A DNA stretch of 45,738 nucleotides from a virus (taxonomy: Duplodnaviria > Caudoviricetes): positions 1 through 45,738 of IMG/VR virus record IMGVR_UViG_3300042901_001456; one strand, 5' to 3'. The stretch's first letter is position 1, and each line of letters starts with the position of its first letter. The notes under the pieces were generated by a model. The model ran no database searches. It was not told the origin of the DNA and saw only the letters and a program-made list of their open reading frames with translations. A program made the position numbers and the translations under genes. This document shows positions 1 to 10,242 of the stretch, piece after piece.

Positions 1-269
1 TAGCTGCTAAAATTAAAGCAGGTACTGATCAAACTATAATAAATTATCTTTTACAAAAATATAATGTCCAAGTTAAATATCTTCCAGATTGTTATAATCT
101 TCAATCAATGTTTGATAAACACATGCTTCATCTCCCAGGTCATGCTTGGTGGCCAGATGAATTAATTTATTTAGAAGCAGGATGGATATATCATTTTAAT
201 GCTATACCTCAAAATCCTAGAGATGATTATTATTGGATGGAACGTACCTATAACAAACTTTATAATTAA
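1..269 (+). CDS. Glycosyltransferase (GT8-like), C-terminal part; 5'-truncated by window edge
   Basis: Open frame from nt 3 to TAA at 267-269 translates as ...GTDQTIINYLL...YLPDCYN...WIYHFNA..., the DQ..N / YN / HF pattern of GT8-family C-termini. Not in the ORF track. Confidence 0.6.
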   Translation, partial: AAKIKAGTDQTIINYLLQKYNVQVKYLPDCYNLQSMFDKHMLHLPGHAWWPDELIYLEAGWIYHFNAIPQNPRDDYYWMERTYNKLYN

Positions 270-275
270 TTTATT

Positions 276-875
276 ATGAACATAGACCAATTATTAAATA
301 CTCTTCCTGATAAAGAATTAAGATGGAAAAGTACTACTAGCAGAATATTTAAGAAAAACTTATATGATTTTTTAGTTGATAAACAAATTGATCAATCTTT
401 AGAAATAGGTACAAATCAAGGTTTAACTTCTTTAATATTATCTTATGTTTCAAATAAAGTTTACACTGTTGAACTGATGGAACATAATGTAGCTGAGGCT
501 AAAAAACATTGTAGTGAGAGAAGTAATATAGAATTTATTAATGGGAATGCTTATTCTGATTTAACTTATATTTCTTGTCCTAAATACTTTGATATAGTAG
601 TTATAGATTGTCTACATGATTATGATAGTGTAATTAAAGATATAAATCGAGCACTTTCATTTTTTAATCCTGATAAAGGAATTTATTTAATATTTGATGA
701 TTATTCACATCCAGAATTTAATGGTGTAAGAGCAGCTATTGATGAGTCAATTCAAAGTGGTCTAAAAGTAGAATGTTATATTGGACAACCTAAAGGACAT
801 ACATTTAAAACTAGTGATACTCATAGTTTTGAATTAATAGGACCTGAAGGAATTATTTTAAGTTATGGAAAATAA
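276..875 (+). CDS. Class I SAM-dependent methyltransferase (Methyltransf_24-like)
   Basis: LEIGTNQGLTS motif I, VYTVE, FDIVVIDCLHDY, LIFDDY. Confidence 0.8.
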   Translation: MNIDQLLNTLPDKELRWKSTTSRIFKKNLYDFLVDKQIDQSLEIGTNQGLTSLILSYVSNKVYTVELMEHNVAEAKKHCSERSNIEFINGNAYSDLTYISCPKYFDIVVIDCLHDYDSVIKDINRALSFFNPDKGIYLIFDDYSHPEFNGVRAAIDESIQSGLKVECYIGQPKGHTFKTSDTHSFELIGPEGIILSYGK

Positions 876-880
876 AAAAT

Positions 881-1858
881 ATGCTATTAAAAAATAAGTA
901 TGTTATAGGTACAATGGTAATGTTTTATGAGTTAGATGCTATTAAAGATTTTGTATCTTCTCTTAAATCAGCTACATCTTTTATTGAAAATAAAGAAAAT
1001 ATCACTATTGAGTTTTTATTAAATCTATCTGAGTACTCTGAAAAAATTGATATGTCAATTACTAAAGATAAACTTATAGAATTATATAACAATAATTGTG
1101 TTAAACCATTAGATGGGTTAAATATTATAACTAAAACATATGATGACTCAGATAAATTATATTCAATAGGAAGTTATAGAAGAGATTTAAATTACAACTA
1201 TTGTTTAACTCATGATTTTATAGTTTGGGGAGAAAGTGATTGTATGATGCCTGAACAATATTTTGATGTTTTAGAAACAACTAGTAACTATGCTAAGTCT
1301 AATAATATAAATAGATATTGTTTAACATTTGCTGTTAGAAAAATGTGGGACAATAGTTGGAAAGTTTTAGAACATAACTTATTTACTAATAATGTTTTTA
1401 AACAAGCTGATGATCCATCTTGTAAGAATGATAAATCTAGTATTTGGTATTATATGAATCAAAGTGAAATGAATGATATTAATAATCAAGCTGATGAATA
1501 TGATATTAAAATAATAGACCAACCTAAATTTGATGGATCACTATTAACCATATCAAATGATTTATTATTGAATGGTATTAATATACCTCCAGCTGTTCAA
1601 GGCACAGGTGAGGATACATCATTTCAAGATATGATAAAGGTTATTATGGGTGCTTCTTATAAACAATTTGTAATAAAAAACATATTAAAAGTACATAATA
1701 GAAATCATCCAAATAAACGAAACTATATTTTAGGTGAAGATAGTTCTATTAGTCCTAGAAATAGAAGATCTAAAAATAAAGTTTTTGATGACATACATAA
1801 AAATTCTTACTATAATTTATCTATTATAGGAAACAGTCAAAATAAATTTGTAATATGA
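881..1858 (+). CDS. Putative glycosyltransferase (GT-A fold)
   Basis: FIVWGESDC (DxD-like position), GEDTSF, KVHNR; lies within the sugar cluster. Confidence 0.5.
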   Translation: MLLKNKYVIGTMVMFYELDAIKDFVSSLKSATSFIENKENITIEFLLNLSEYSEKIDMSITKDKLIELYNNNCVKPLDGLNIITKTYDDSDKLYSIGSYRRDLNYNYCLTHDFIVWGESDCMMPEQYFDVLETTSNYAKSNNINRYCLTFAVRKMWDNSWKVLEHNLFTNNVFKQADDPSCKNDKSSIWYYMNQSEMNDINNQADEYDIKIIDQPKFDGSLLTISNDLLLNGINIPPAVQGTGEDTSFQDMIKVIMGASYKQFVIKNILKVHNRNHPNKRNYILGEDSSISPRNRRSKNKVFDDIHKNSYYNLSIIGNSQNKFVI

Positions 1859-2706
1859 ATTTTGTAACAACATTTACTAAAGAGATATATAAAATATGTG
1901 GCAGGAATTTACTACAGTCATTTATTAAAACTCAAAATTCAAATGAACATAAATTATATGTATTTTTTGAAAATGAAGATGATCCATATACTGAGTTTTA
2001 TCCTGATTGGTTAGTTGAATGGGTTAATGAGCCTAGTATAGTAATAGTTAATTTAATGACATATGAGTATAATAATGAAAAAATAATTCCATATGTTGAT
2101 AAAACATTGAGTCCTAAAATATCATTTACAGATGAATATAGTAGCCCTAGAAGTGTTAAATGGTTTAGACCTGTAGTAGCTATGATGTATGCTTCTGAAG
2201 TTATAGATGGTAATTTTAGTTCAATAGATTCAGATTGTTTATTCATTGATAAAGTAGAAGAATCATTCTTTGACTCCATATTGTCAGATTACAATGTTGC
2301 TTTCTTAGGTAGAGAAAATTTTAAACTAATGAGACATGGATCATATACTCCAAATGGTGAATATGTTCATACTAGAACTGTAGAAGCAACAAATAAAGAC
2401 ACTCATACTGAAACAGGATACTTAGGTTTTAATATGAATAAACCAGGTACAAAAGAATTTATAAAACGAAATTTTGAATACTGGATAAAAGAAGACATAT
2501 TAAATTTGGAATACCAAACAGATTGTCATACCTTTGATGCTGTGAGAAAAGAATTAAATTTAAAATATAATAATCTTTGTGACCCAATGGGTGAAATATC
2601 TCCAATTGGAAGTAGAGTAATTGAAGCATCTGTGTTAGGTGACTTCATGATTCATCATAAAGGTACTATTGGACCTATTTTATACCAAAAAAATTTATTG
2701 AAATGA
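1855..2706 (+). CDS. Putative glycosyltransferase / nucleotide-diphospho-sugar transferase
   Basis: N-terminal FVTTF strand, IDSDC DxD motif, HTETGY, DCHTFD, C-terminal HHKG. Confidence 0.55.
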   Translation: MNFVTTFTKEIYKICGRNLLQSFIKTQNSNEHKLYVFFENEDDPYTEFYPDWLVEWVNEPSIVIVNLMTYEYNNEKIIPYVDKTLSPKISFTDEYSSPRSVKWFRPVVAMMYASEVIDGNFSSIDSDCLFIDKVEESFFDSILSDYNVAFLGRENFKLMRHGSYTPNGEYVHTRTVEATNKDTHTETGYLGFNMNKPGTKEFIKRNFEYWIKEDILNLEYQTDCHTFDAVRKELNLKYNNLCDPMGEISPIGSRVIEASVLGDFMIHHKGTIGPILYQKNLLK

Positions 2707-3779
2707 TACCAATGTCCATTCCATATTTGTATAAAGAAGATAAACAATTAGCTATCAAAGCTATTAAAGAAAATTATCTAGCTTATGGACCACAAATTGA
2801 AGAATTTGAAATAGCATTTGCTTCATATTGTGGAAGAAAATATGGTGTTACTTGTAATAGTGGAACATCAGCGTTATATTTAGCTGTTAAAGCACTTAAA
2901 TTACCTAAAAATAGTGAGGTAATAATTCCATCAATGGCTATCACCTCGTTATTAAACGCAGTTGAAAAAAATGGATTAACACCTATATTTTGTGATGTTG
3001 ATATTAAAACATGGAATGCTACTTATAAAACAATTAAAAGTAAAATCACATCTAATACATCAGCTATTATCATAGTTGATACTTATGGTTTATTAGTCAA
3101 TACAGATGATATAATTAAGTTAAAACAAGAATATCCTAATATTAAAATAATTGAAGACGCAGCTGAAGCACATGGTGGTTATCATAATGAAGTTAAAGCA
3201 GGATCAATAGGTGATATTAGTACATTTTCATTTTATGCTAATAAAATCATTACTACAGGTGAAGGAGGAATGGTATTAACAGATGATGAAGAAACATATA
3301 AACAATTATTAGCAGATAGAAATATCAACTTTGTAGAACGTAAACGTTATATTCATTCTGAAGCAGGATTTAATTTTAGAATGACTAACTTACAATGTTG
3401 TATCGGATTAGGCCAGCTTCAAAATATAGGAAAAACTATTAAACATAGAAAAAGAATAGCTAAACGCTATAATAAAAATCTTAAATTAAATAAAAATATT
3501 CAATTACCTTATAATGGTAAAGGATATGACAATGTATACTGGTATTATTCAATTGTAGTTAAAGATAATTATGATAAAGTAATTAAAGCATTACAAGATA
3601 ATAATATTGATTATAGACATTTTTTCTATCCATTACATAAACAACCATTTATTAACTCTAATGAACCATTACCTAATTCAGAGTATTTAGCTAAGTATGG
3701 TGTTATATTACCAACATATACTGAATTAACAAATGAACAAATTGATTTTATAAGTAAAATAATATTAGAACAATTATGA
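2703..3779 (+). CDS. DegT/DnrJ/EryC1/StrS PLP-dependent sugar aminotransferase (perosamine synthase-like)
   Basis: NSGTSAL, IIEDAAEAHG, FSFYANKIITTGEGG (PLP lysine), GFNFRMTN. Confidence 0.93.
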   Translation: MIPMSIPYLYKEDKQLAIKAIKENYLAYGPQIEEFEIAFASYCGRKYGVTCNSGTSALYLAVKALKLPKNSEVIIPSMAITSLLNAVEKNGLTPIFCDVDIKTWNATYKTIKSKITSNTSAIIIVDTYGLLVNTDDIIKLKQEYPNIKIIEDAAEAHGGYHNEVKAGSIGDISTFSFYANKIITTGEGGMVLTDDEETYKQLLADRNINFVERKRYIHSEAGFNFRMTNLQCCIGLGQLQNIGKTIKHRKRIAKRYNKNLKLNKNIQLPYNGKGYDNVYWYYSIVVKDNYDKVIKALQDNNIDYRHFFYPLHKQPFINSNEPLPNSEYLAKYGVILPTYTELTNEQIDFISKIILEQL

Positions 3780-4267
3780 AACTAAATTTAGCATCTGGTC
3801 AAATGTATCTAGATGGATATATTAATGTTGATAACAAGTCCATGTATCATGGAAATATGAAGGTTGATAAAGAAGCTGATGTGTTCACTTTAGAATGGGA
3901 AAATAACACTGTAGAAGAAATTATTTTATCTCATTTTGCAATGTATATATCATATCAGGATATGAATATGTTATTAAAAAGATGGTTTGGTTGGTTAAAA
4001 AAAGAAGGTAGAATAATAATAGAAACAGGTAATGTTAAAGCTATAGCTAAACATATATTAGATAATAGTAATCCTAAAGAAATAAATAGCGCTAATGGTG
4101 TGATGCAATTATTTGGATGGGAAACAACCGCAGGACATAAATGGGCTTGGTGCCCTGAAACATTAGGTGAACTAATGATGAATGCTGGTTTTACTAATAT
4201 TGAAGTAGGTGAAGGATATTTTCATAATAATAAAGTTAGAGATTTTTTAATAGTTGGATATAAATAA
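3776..4267 (+). CDS. Methyltransferase type 11-like protein
   Basis: KLNLASG...GYINVD, EEIILSH, LKKEGRIII pattern typical of small sugar-cluster methyltransferases. Confidence 0.7.
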   Translation: MKLNLASGQMYLDGYINVDNKSMYHGNMKVDKEADVFTLEWENNTVEEIILSHFAMYISYQDMNMLLKRWFGWLKKEGRIIIETGNVKAIAKHILDNSNPKEINSANGVMQLFGWETTAGHKWAWCPETLGELMMNAGFTNIEVGEGYFHNNKVRDFLIVGYK

Positions 4268-4279
4268 AAAATAATAAAA

Positions 4280-5239
4280 ATGAGACAAATAGTAAACACA
4301 AACGTATGCGTTATTGGAGGAGCTGGTTTTATTGGTTCCCATTTAGTTGATTATTTAATTGATGAAAGAAACTGTAATGTAATTGTATTAGATAATTTAA
4401 TTACAGGACAGACAAAAAACATTAACTCAAAAGCTAAATTTATTTGGCATGACATTAGAGATAATGAAAATGAATTATCTAGAATATTAAAAGAAAATAA
4501 TATTGAATATGTTTTTAACTACGCAGCTGAACCTTATATTCCTGAGTGTTTTGAGCGCCCAATGCATTTCTTTGATATTAATGCTACATCAGTATTACGA
4601 GTATTAAATGCTTGTCAGACAGCTGGAGTTAAAGGATTATTACAAGTATCATCAGCTGAGATATATGGTGACATGACAGGTAAAATTAAAGAAAGTGATC
4701 CAGTAGAACCACATTCAACTTATGGTGTGTCTAAATTAGCAGCAGATGGTTTAGTACAAGTAAGATGGAGAGAAGCTAATGTACCAGCTATAGCTATGAG
4801 ACAATTTAACTGTGTTGGTGAAAGAGAAACACATGAGTATGTTATTCCAGAAATTATCTCTCAGTTATCAAAATCTAATAAAGTAAAGTTAGGTAATAAC
4901 TCATTTAGAGATTTTCAATATGCTGGTGATGCTGTTAGGATGGCTGTTGAATTACTTGAGAAAGGTGAGTTTGGAGAAGTATATAATATGGGGAGTGAGG
5001 ATGGAATTAAAATTTATGATTTAGCTCATTTGATTGGCAAATTAATAGGACATGAAAGTGTAGAAATTGAAGTTGATCAAGCCAGAGTACGACCATGGGA
5101 AATATGGCATTTACAATCAGACAATACTAAATTATATTCTGTAATAGGTGATAAAGTACCTACATCATTAGAAGAAGCATTGAAGAAAACAATTCAATAC
5201 TTTTATGATAATGGAGGTAAATGGGATTGGAAACAGTAA
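4280..5239 (+). CDS. NAD-dependent epimerase/dehydratase (extended SDR; NDP-sugar 4,6-dehydratase-like)
   Basis: GGAGFIG, SSAEIYG, YGVSK (YxxxK), RDFQY, GEVYNMGS. Confidence 0.92.
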   Translation: MRQIVNTNVCVIGGAGFIGSHLVDYLIDERNCNVIVLDNLITGQTKNINSKAKFIWHDIRDNENELSRILKENNIEYVFNYAAEPYIPECFERPMHFFDINATSVLRVLNACQTAGVKGLLQVSSAEIYGDMTGKIKESDPVEPHSTYGVSKLAADGLVQVRWREANVPAIAMRQFNCVGERETHEYVIPEIISQLSKSNKVKLGNNSFRDFQYAGDAVRMAVELLEKGEFGEVYNMGSEDGIKIYDLAHLIGKLIGHESVEIEVDQARVRPWEIWHLQSDNTKLYSVIGDKVPTSLEEALKKTIQYFYDNGGKWDWKQ

Positions 5240-5240
5240 T

Positions 5241-6197
5241 ATGGATAATGTTTACTATATAAATGAATTAGGATATTCTAGAGGAAGTCATAAATTTGAT
5301 CTACATAGACTACCTCAAGCATATATTGAGTATTTTCCTTGGATAACAGTTTCTTGGAATGAAATTTATGATATACCTAAAAACAGTATTATATTTGTTC
5401 AAACTCCATGTAGTGATGAGTTTAATAAATTAAATAAGTTACTTTCTATTATTGATGATAATACTATTTTCATTAATCAAGAGTCAAATATATTTGATTG
5501 GTTTGATTGGGATGCGAAAACTCAACAAGCATATATTGAATGTTTATCTAAATGTAAGGCATTTTGTTACCATAGTGAGCATGATAAAAAGGTAATGGAA
5601 GTATTTTGTTCTAATTTTATTAAATATCCTGGGTGTACTAATATTTTAGCTGAGTCATCTAAAAAATTTGATGAAGGACAATATGTTGTTATTCCTAATC
5701 CTATAAAAAGATATCAACGAGGAATGATTTCTCATAAACTGGCTTCAGATAATATAAAAAATATTCCTATATACGCTATGTCTTATAAAAGACCAATAAC
5801 TAATGAATTATTAACATTTCCTGATGAGTATATATTATCTAATATAGAGTTAAAAAGTAGAATGGATTTAAATAAATGGTTTGAGTTTATATATAATTCT
5901 AAATTTGGAATAGATATCCATCAAAATTTTTCTGGAGGTAATTGTAGTTTAGAATTTGGTGCTTTAGGTGTTCCATTAATAGGTAATATTAATTTAGATA
6001 CTCAAAAAGATATATTTCCAGACATATCATTTGAATATAATGATTATGAACAAATTAAAAACGCTATACATTTGCTTTTAAATGATAGTGATTTTTATAA
6101 TGAGGTGAGTAGTAAATCTTTAGTAAATACAAAAGAAAAATATAATAGTAAACTTATTGTTAAACAATTTAAACAAGATGTAATTAATTTATTATGA
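5241..6197 (+). CDS. Putative GT-B fold glycosyltransferase
   Basis: C-terminal GNCSLEFGALGVPLIG resembles the GT4-type E-x-x-x-x-G-x-P motif. Start moved to ATG 5241, just after the upstream stop. Confidence 0.55.
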   Translation: MDNVYYINELGYSRGSHKFDLHRLPQAYIEYFPWITVSWNEIYDIPKNSIIFVQTPCSDEFNKLNKLLSIIDDNTIFINQESNIFDWFDWDAKTQQAYIECLSKCKAFCYHSEHDKKVMEVFCSNFIKYPGCTNILAESSKKFDEGQYVVIPNPIKRYQRGMISHKLASDNIKNIPIYAMSYKRPITNELLTFPDEYILSNIELKSRMDLNKWFEFIYNSKFGIDIHQNFSGGNCSLEFGALGVPLIGNINLDTQKDIFPDISFEYNDYEQIKNAIHLLLNDSDFYNEVSSKSLVNTKEKYNSKLIVKQFKQDVINLL

Positions 6198-7039
6198 AAA
6201 TTTTAGTAACAGGTGGTGCTGGTTTTATAGGTACCAATTTAATTAAAAAACTAGTAAGTGAGGGGCATGATGTAACATCTGTAGATAGTTATATTACTGG
6301 TTATAAATCAAATCATTTGGATGGAGCTAAGTATGTTGAGTTTGATATTAGAAACATAACAGACTATTCAGTATGGGGTGAATTTGATATTGTATATCAT
6401 TTAGCTGCTTTAGCTCGTATTCAGCCTTCATTCAAAACACCTATTGATACATTTGAGATAAATGCTAATGGTACTTTATTAATAGCTAAATATTGCGCTG
6501 ATAAAAATATTCCATTAGTGTTTGCAGGTAGCAGTTCACATTGGTCAGGTAAGTTTAAAAATCCTTATACATTTAGTAAAGATGTGAGTGAAGAAATTAT
6601 CTCATTATTTCAACAGCATTATGGATTAAAAGCATCTATTACTCGTTTTTATAATGTATATGGTCCTAACCATCTAAAAGAAGGTGCTTATTGTACTGTG
6701 ATTGGTAAATGGGAAACAGCTTATGAAAATAAAAAACCACTTACAATTTATGGTACAGGTGATAAACGTAGAGATTTTACTCATGTTGATGACATTATTA
6801 ATGCTTTAATATTAATAAATGAGAAACAAGCTTGGGGGCATATGTTTGAATTAGGTAGAGGTAAAAATTACTCTATTAAAGAAGTAGCTGATATGTTTCA
6901 AACAGATATAGTTTATGAAGATGATAAACCAGGTGAAGCACAAGTTACACTTTGTACAGATACATTAGCTAAAGAAGTATTAGGATGGGAAGCTAAATTA
7001 AATTTAGAAGATTATATTAAAAATTATCTAAATGGATAA
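6194..7039 (+). CDS. NAD-dependent epimerase/dehydratase (extended SDR)
   Basis: ILVTGGAGFIG, YHLAA, PYTFSK, RFYNVYGP, RDFTHVDD. Confidence 0.93.
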   Translation: MKILVTGGAGFIGTNLIKKLVSEGHDVTSVDSYITGYKSNHLDGAKYVEFDIRNITDYSVWGEFDIVYHLAALARIQPSFKTPIDTFEINANGTLLIAKYCADKNIPLVFAGSSSHWSGKFKNPYTFSKDVSEEIISLFQQHYGLKASITRFYNVYGPNHLKEGAYCTVIGKWETAYENKKPLTIYGTGDKRRDFTHVDDIINALILINEKQAWGHMFELGRGKNYSIKEVADMFQTDIVYEDDKPGEAQVTLCTDTLAKEVLGWEAKLNLEDYIKNYLNG

Positions 7040-8204
7040 AATAACATTTGTATTACCAAGTAGAAATAATTTAGAATTTCTTCAATTAGCATATAAATCA
7101 ATTCGTGATTTAAAAACTAAACATGAAATATTAGTTTTAGATGATGCTAGTATAGATGGAACTCAAGAATGGATTAAGTCACTTAATGATGAGGACTTAA
7201 TTACTTATCATAATCCAGGACCAGAACGTATTGGTATTGTAGGTATGTTTGATAAGGGTATTGAAATGGCTAGAACAGAAATTATATTTGCGTTTCATGC
7301 TGATATGGTGGCTGGACCTAAGTTAGATGAAAATATTTTAAAACATCTTAAACTAGGTACAATAGTAAGTGCCACTAGAATTGAACCACCATTACATCCC
7401 TCGGGTCCAGAAAAAATAATTGAGGATTTTGGAATTGAAGCTGATCAATTTAAAGAAACTAAGTTTAAAGAGTATTGTAATAAACTAATTGAACTAAATA
7501 AAGATAGATTTACTGAAGGTATATTTGCACCTTGGTGTATGTATAAATCAGATTATTTAGCTATTGGAGGACATGATGAGTTATTTGCTCCTCAGTCTAA
7601 AGAAGATAGTGATTTGTTTAATCGTTTTGTTTTAAAAGGATATAAAGTAATTCAATCATGGGATGGTTTAGTTTATCACTTCACTAGTCGTGGTAGTAGA
7701 TTTAATAAGCATGCTGGTGGTGGTGCTGGTAAGAATAGTGAGGAATGGCTTTATACAACAAATAAAAATGCTAGAAATTTTGTTCGTAAGTGGGGTCATT
7801 TTGTTAAGCATGATATGTTTATGAAACCAATTATACCTCATAAGTATAATATAGGATTTAGAGTAAGTAATTGTGCCACTGAAATGCTAGCCGCTTTAGA
7901 ACCATGGTGTTCAGAGATTTCATCTGACGCTAATTATGCTGATTGGTTAAACGAGGAACAAAAACATACTACATTGAATATGCTTGATAGAGTCAAACCA
8001 TGGAATGCCCCTTTAAATAATGATGTTGTAGTTGAATTTGATGCCTCTTTATTAACTAAAGAATCATTTAATATTTTAACTCAATTACCAGAAATTATAA
8101 GTACATCAGGTGAGGTAGGAGAATTTGAATTAGATATATTTAAAATTTCTATATACGCCATGACAACATATGAACATAATCTTGTTCATATTTATAATAA
8201 ATAA
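7032..8204 (+). CDS. Glycosyltransferase family 2 with C-terminal extension
   Basis: ITFVLPSRN, LVLDDASIDGT, FHADM, GGHDE, EDSDL, VYHF. Confidence 0.88.
   Translation: MDKITFVLPSRNNLEFLQLAYKSIRDLKTKHEILVLDDASIDGTQEWIKSLNDEDLITYHNPGPERIGIVGMFDKGIEMARTEIIFAFHADMVAGPKLDENILKHLKLGTIVSATRIEPPLHPSGPEKIIEDFGIEADQFKETKFKEYCNKLIELNKDRFTEGIFAPWCMYKSDYLAIGGHDELFAPQSKEDSDLFNRFVLKGYKVIQSWDGLVYHFTSRGSRFNKHAGGGAGKNSEEWLYTTNKNARNFVRKWGHFVKHDMFMKPIIPHKYNIGFRVSNCATEMLAALEPWCSEISSDANYADWLNEEQKHTTLNMLDRVKPWNAPLNNDVVVEFDASLLTKESFNILTQLPEIISTSGEVGEFELDIFKISIYAMTTYEHNLVHIYNK
8188..8196 (+). promoter_or_regulatory. ATATTTATA putative late promoter element
   Basis: 13 nt before ATG 8210; recurrent motif. Confidence 0.45.
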
Positions 8205-8209
8205 AGTCG

Positions 8210-8530
8210 ATGGCTAAGAAATCAAATAGACAAATACCATCAATGGTGGTCACAATTAAAGGTGAAGGACAAGCTGATATTGAAGCGTTATGTGATAATG
8301 AAACATTCACTAGAGCAGTATTTACAGAAACAATAGCTGGAATTAAAGATGCTATTAATACTAAAAGTAAAACAGCTGTTTTATTTCAATTAGCTAAAAG
8401 TGATTATTATTTAGAGTTAGATAAAAGCCAATGGAAACAAGCTTTACAAACATGTATAGATAGATTTATAGAAAGTGAACAATATGAAGAATGTTCTAAA
8501 ATAAAGTTATTGATAGATAAAATAAAGTAA
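8210..8530 (+). CDS. Hypothetical protein with C-terminal UVR-like motif
   Basis: C-terminal EQYEECSKIK resembles the UvrB/UvrC (UVR) E.YE.AA.IRD motif; paralog at 14500. Confidence 0.5.
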   Translation: MAKKSNRQIPSMVVTIKGEGQADIEALCDNETFTRAVFTETIAGIKDAINTKSKTAVLFQLAKSDYYLELDKSQWKQALQTCIDRFIESEQYEECSKIKLLIDKIK

Positions 8531-8531
8531 T

Positions 8532-8942
8532 ATGGAACAAGGAGGTTTTGATGAAATAAAAAAAGCAGTAGATGCTTTATTGAAAATAAATTCAACAGTT
8601 AAACGTAAAAAGAAAGCTTATATTGATAAGCAAAAGGATTTATTTACTTCAATTATATTTGCTTTACAAGCTGCTCAAACTAGAACTATTTTAACTCAAA
8701 CAGAGTTAAAACTTGATTTTAGTACCTATGATGAAATGTATTTACAAATAATTGATTCACTTATATTACTTCATTTTGGTAAAGAAGGATATGAATTAAT
8801 TAGTTGGTACTTATATGAAAAAATAAATCCAGATGGGTCATTTAATGAATTGTTTAATGAAGATAGAGAATTAGTACCATCAACAACTCCAGAAGATATA
8901 TGGAATGTGTTAGTTAATATTAAGGCAAACAATGAAGGCTAA
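8532..8942 (+). CDS. Hypothetical protein
   Basis: 136-aa ORF tightly packed with its neighbours. Confidence 0.6.
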   Translation: MEQGGFDEIKKAVDALLKINSTVKRKKKAYIDKQKDLFTSIIFALQAAQTRTILTQTELKLDFSTYDEMYLQIIDSLILLHFGKEGYELISWYLYEKINPDGSFNELFNEDRELVPSTTPEDIWNVLVNIKANNEG

Positions 8943-9576
8943 ACCATTATTAAAATCGGATATTGAAAGAGCAATGGCGATGACCAAGTCCAATAGGGCA
9001 GCGGCTCGTTATTTACATTGTTCATATATTCATTATAAGAAATGGGCTAAAAATTATAAAGTAGACGATAATGATCCTGACTCAATAACATTATTTGAGT
9101 CACATAAAAATCAATCAGGTAAAGGTATAGCTAAATTTTTATCCAATAAAGGTAAAGAACCAGCTTTAAAAGATATAATTGAGGGTAGAGTACCTATTGA
9201 CTCATATACACCTGAGAAGTTAAAGAATAGATTAATACAAGAAAGTTATTTACAAGAATGTTGTTCTAAATGTCAATTCCAAGAGCGTAGAGTAGTAGAT
9301 TATAAAGTACCACTTATACTTAACTTTAAGGATGGTAATAAGAAAAACTGGACATTAGATAATTTAGAGTTACTTTGTTATAACCATTATTTTCTTTATG
9401 TTGGAAATATATTCACTGATAAACAAATTCAACATATTGAAGATTATAATCCATCAACATTCCAATCTAAATCAGATTGGGAAATAGATGATTACTATAA
9501 AGAACATCTACAGAACCTAGGCATAATGGATAATGATGATAATGAGCCAGGCTCAGAATTCATTTCTAAAGTATGA
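8932..9576 (+). CDS. HTH + degenerate HNH/zinc-finger protein
   Basis: N-terminal RAAARYLHCSYIHYKKWA (HTH-like); CSKC ... LNFKDGNKKNWTLDNLELLCYNH (HNH-like, lacking the first His). Confidence 0.65.
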   Translation: MKAKPLLKSDIERAMAMTKSNRAAARYLHCSYIHYKKWAKNYKVDDNDPDSITLFESHKNQSGKGIAKFLSNKGKEPALKDIIEGRVPIDSYTPEKLKNRLIQESYLQECCSKCQFQERRVVDYKVPLILNFKDGNKKNWTLDNLELLCYNHYFLYVGNIFTDKQIQHIEDYNPSTFQSKSDWEIDDYYKEHLQNLGIMDNDDNEPGSEFISKV

Positions 9577-10205
9577 TTGTACATACAATATGGTTAGGGA
9601 GTGATATACCAATTAGATATCATTCAAATATAAAAACACACCAACAACTAAATCCTGGTTTTCATTTTACTCATTGGTCTGATAATGATGTTATTAAATT
9701 GTTAACTGAATATAACTTATTAGACTTATATTATACTTTAAATTTTATAAGTAAATTTAATTTAGCTAAATATATTATTTTAGATAAATTTGGAGGTGTA
9801 TTTACTGATCTAGATATTAAATGGAAAAAACCATTTATACAAATAATGAATGAGTATAACTTTAATGATGTTGATTTAATACTAACTCATAATAATTCAA
9901 TATCATTTTTAGATCCAACATATCAAAGTTCTTATATTGATAATCAGTCTATGATTTTATTAGATGATCCATTTATAATATCTAAACCAGGTGTTTTAAA
10001 AAAATGTATTGATTATAGAATAGGAAGAAAACCAAGAATAGATCCTAAAACAAACCAAATACATAAAGTTGAACCTATAGGACCCTTTTTATTAACCGAT
10101 TGGGTTTATTATAATAAAATAAAAATATCTGTATTTGGCCAAACCCATAATTTAGATTGGAATGGTTATTATGGTAATCATGAACAATTAGGTTTATGGA
10201 ATTGA
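9573..10205 (+). CDS. GT32 / OCH1-like DxD glycosyltransferase
   Basis: IVHTIWLG, LNPGF..HWSD, ILDKFGGVFTDLD, GPFLLT. Confidence 0.85.
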   Translation: MIVHTIWLGSDIPIRYHSNIKTHQQLNPGFHFTHWSDNDVIKLLTEYNLLDLYYTLNFISKFNLAKYIILDKFGGVFTDLDIKWKKPFIQIMNEYNFNDVDLILTHNNSISFLDPTYQSSYIDNQSMILLDDPFIISKPGVLKKCIDYRIGRKPRIDPKTNQIHKVEPIGPFLLTDWVYYNKIKISVFGQTHNLDWNGYYGNHEQLGLWN

Positions 10206-10228
10206 CCTCAATTCATAATCTATATTTA
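10203..10228 (+). promoter_or_regulatory. TGACC-N13-TAnnTTTA promoter motif
   Basis: TGACC tcaattcataatc TATATTTA; the TGA is the stop codon of the upstream gene. Confidence 0.7.
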
Positions 10229-10242
10229 TTAAAATTAAGGTT

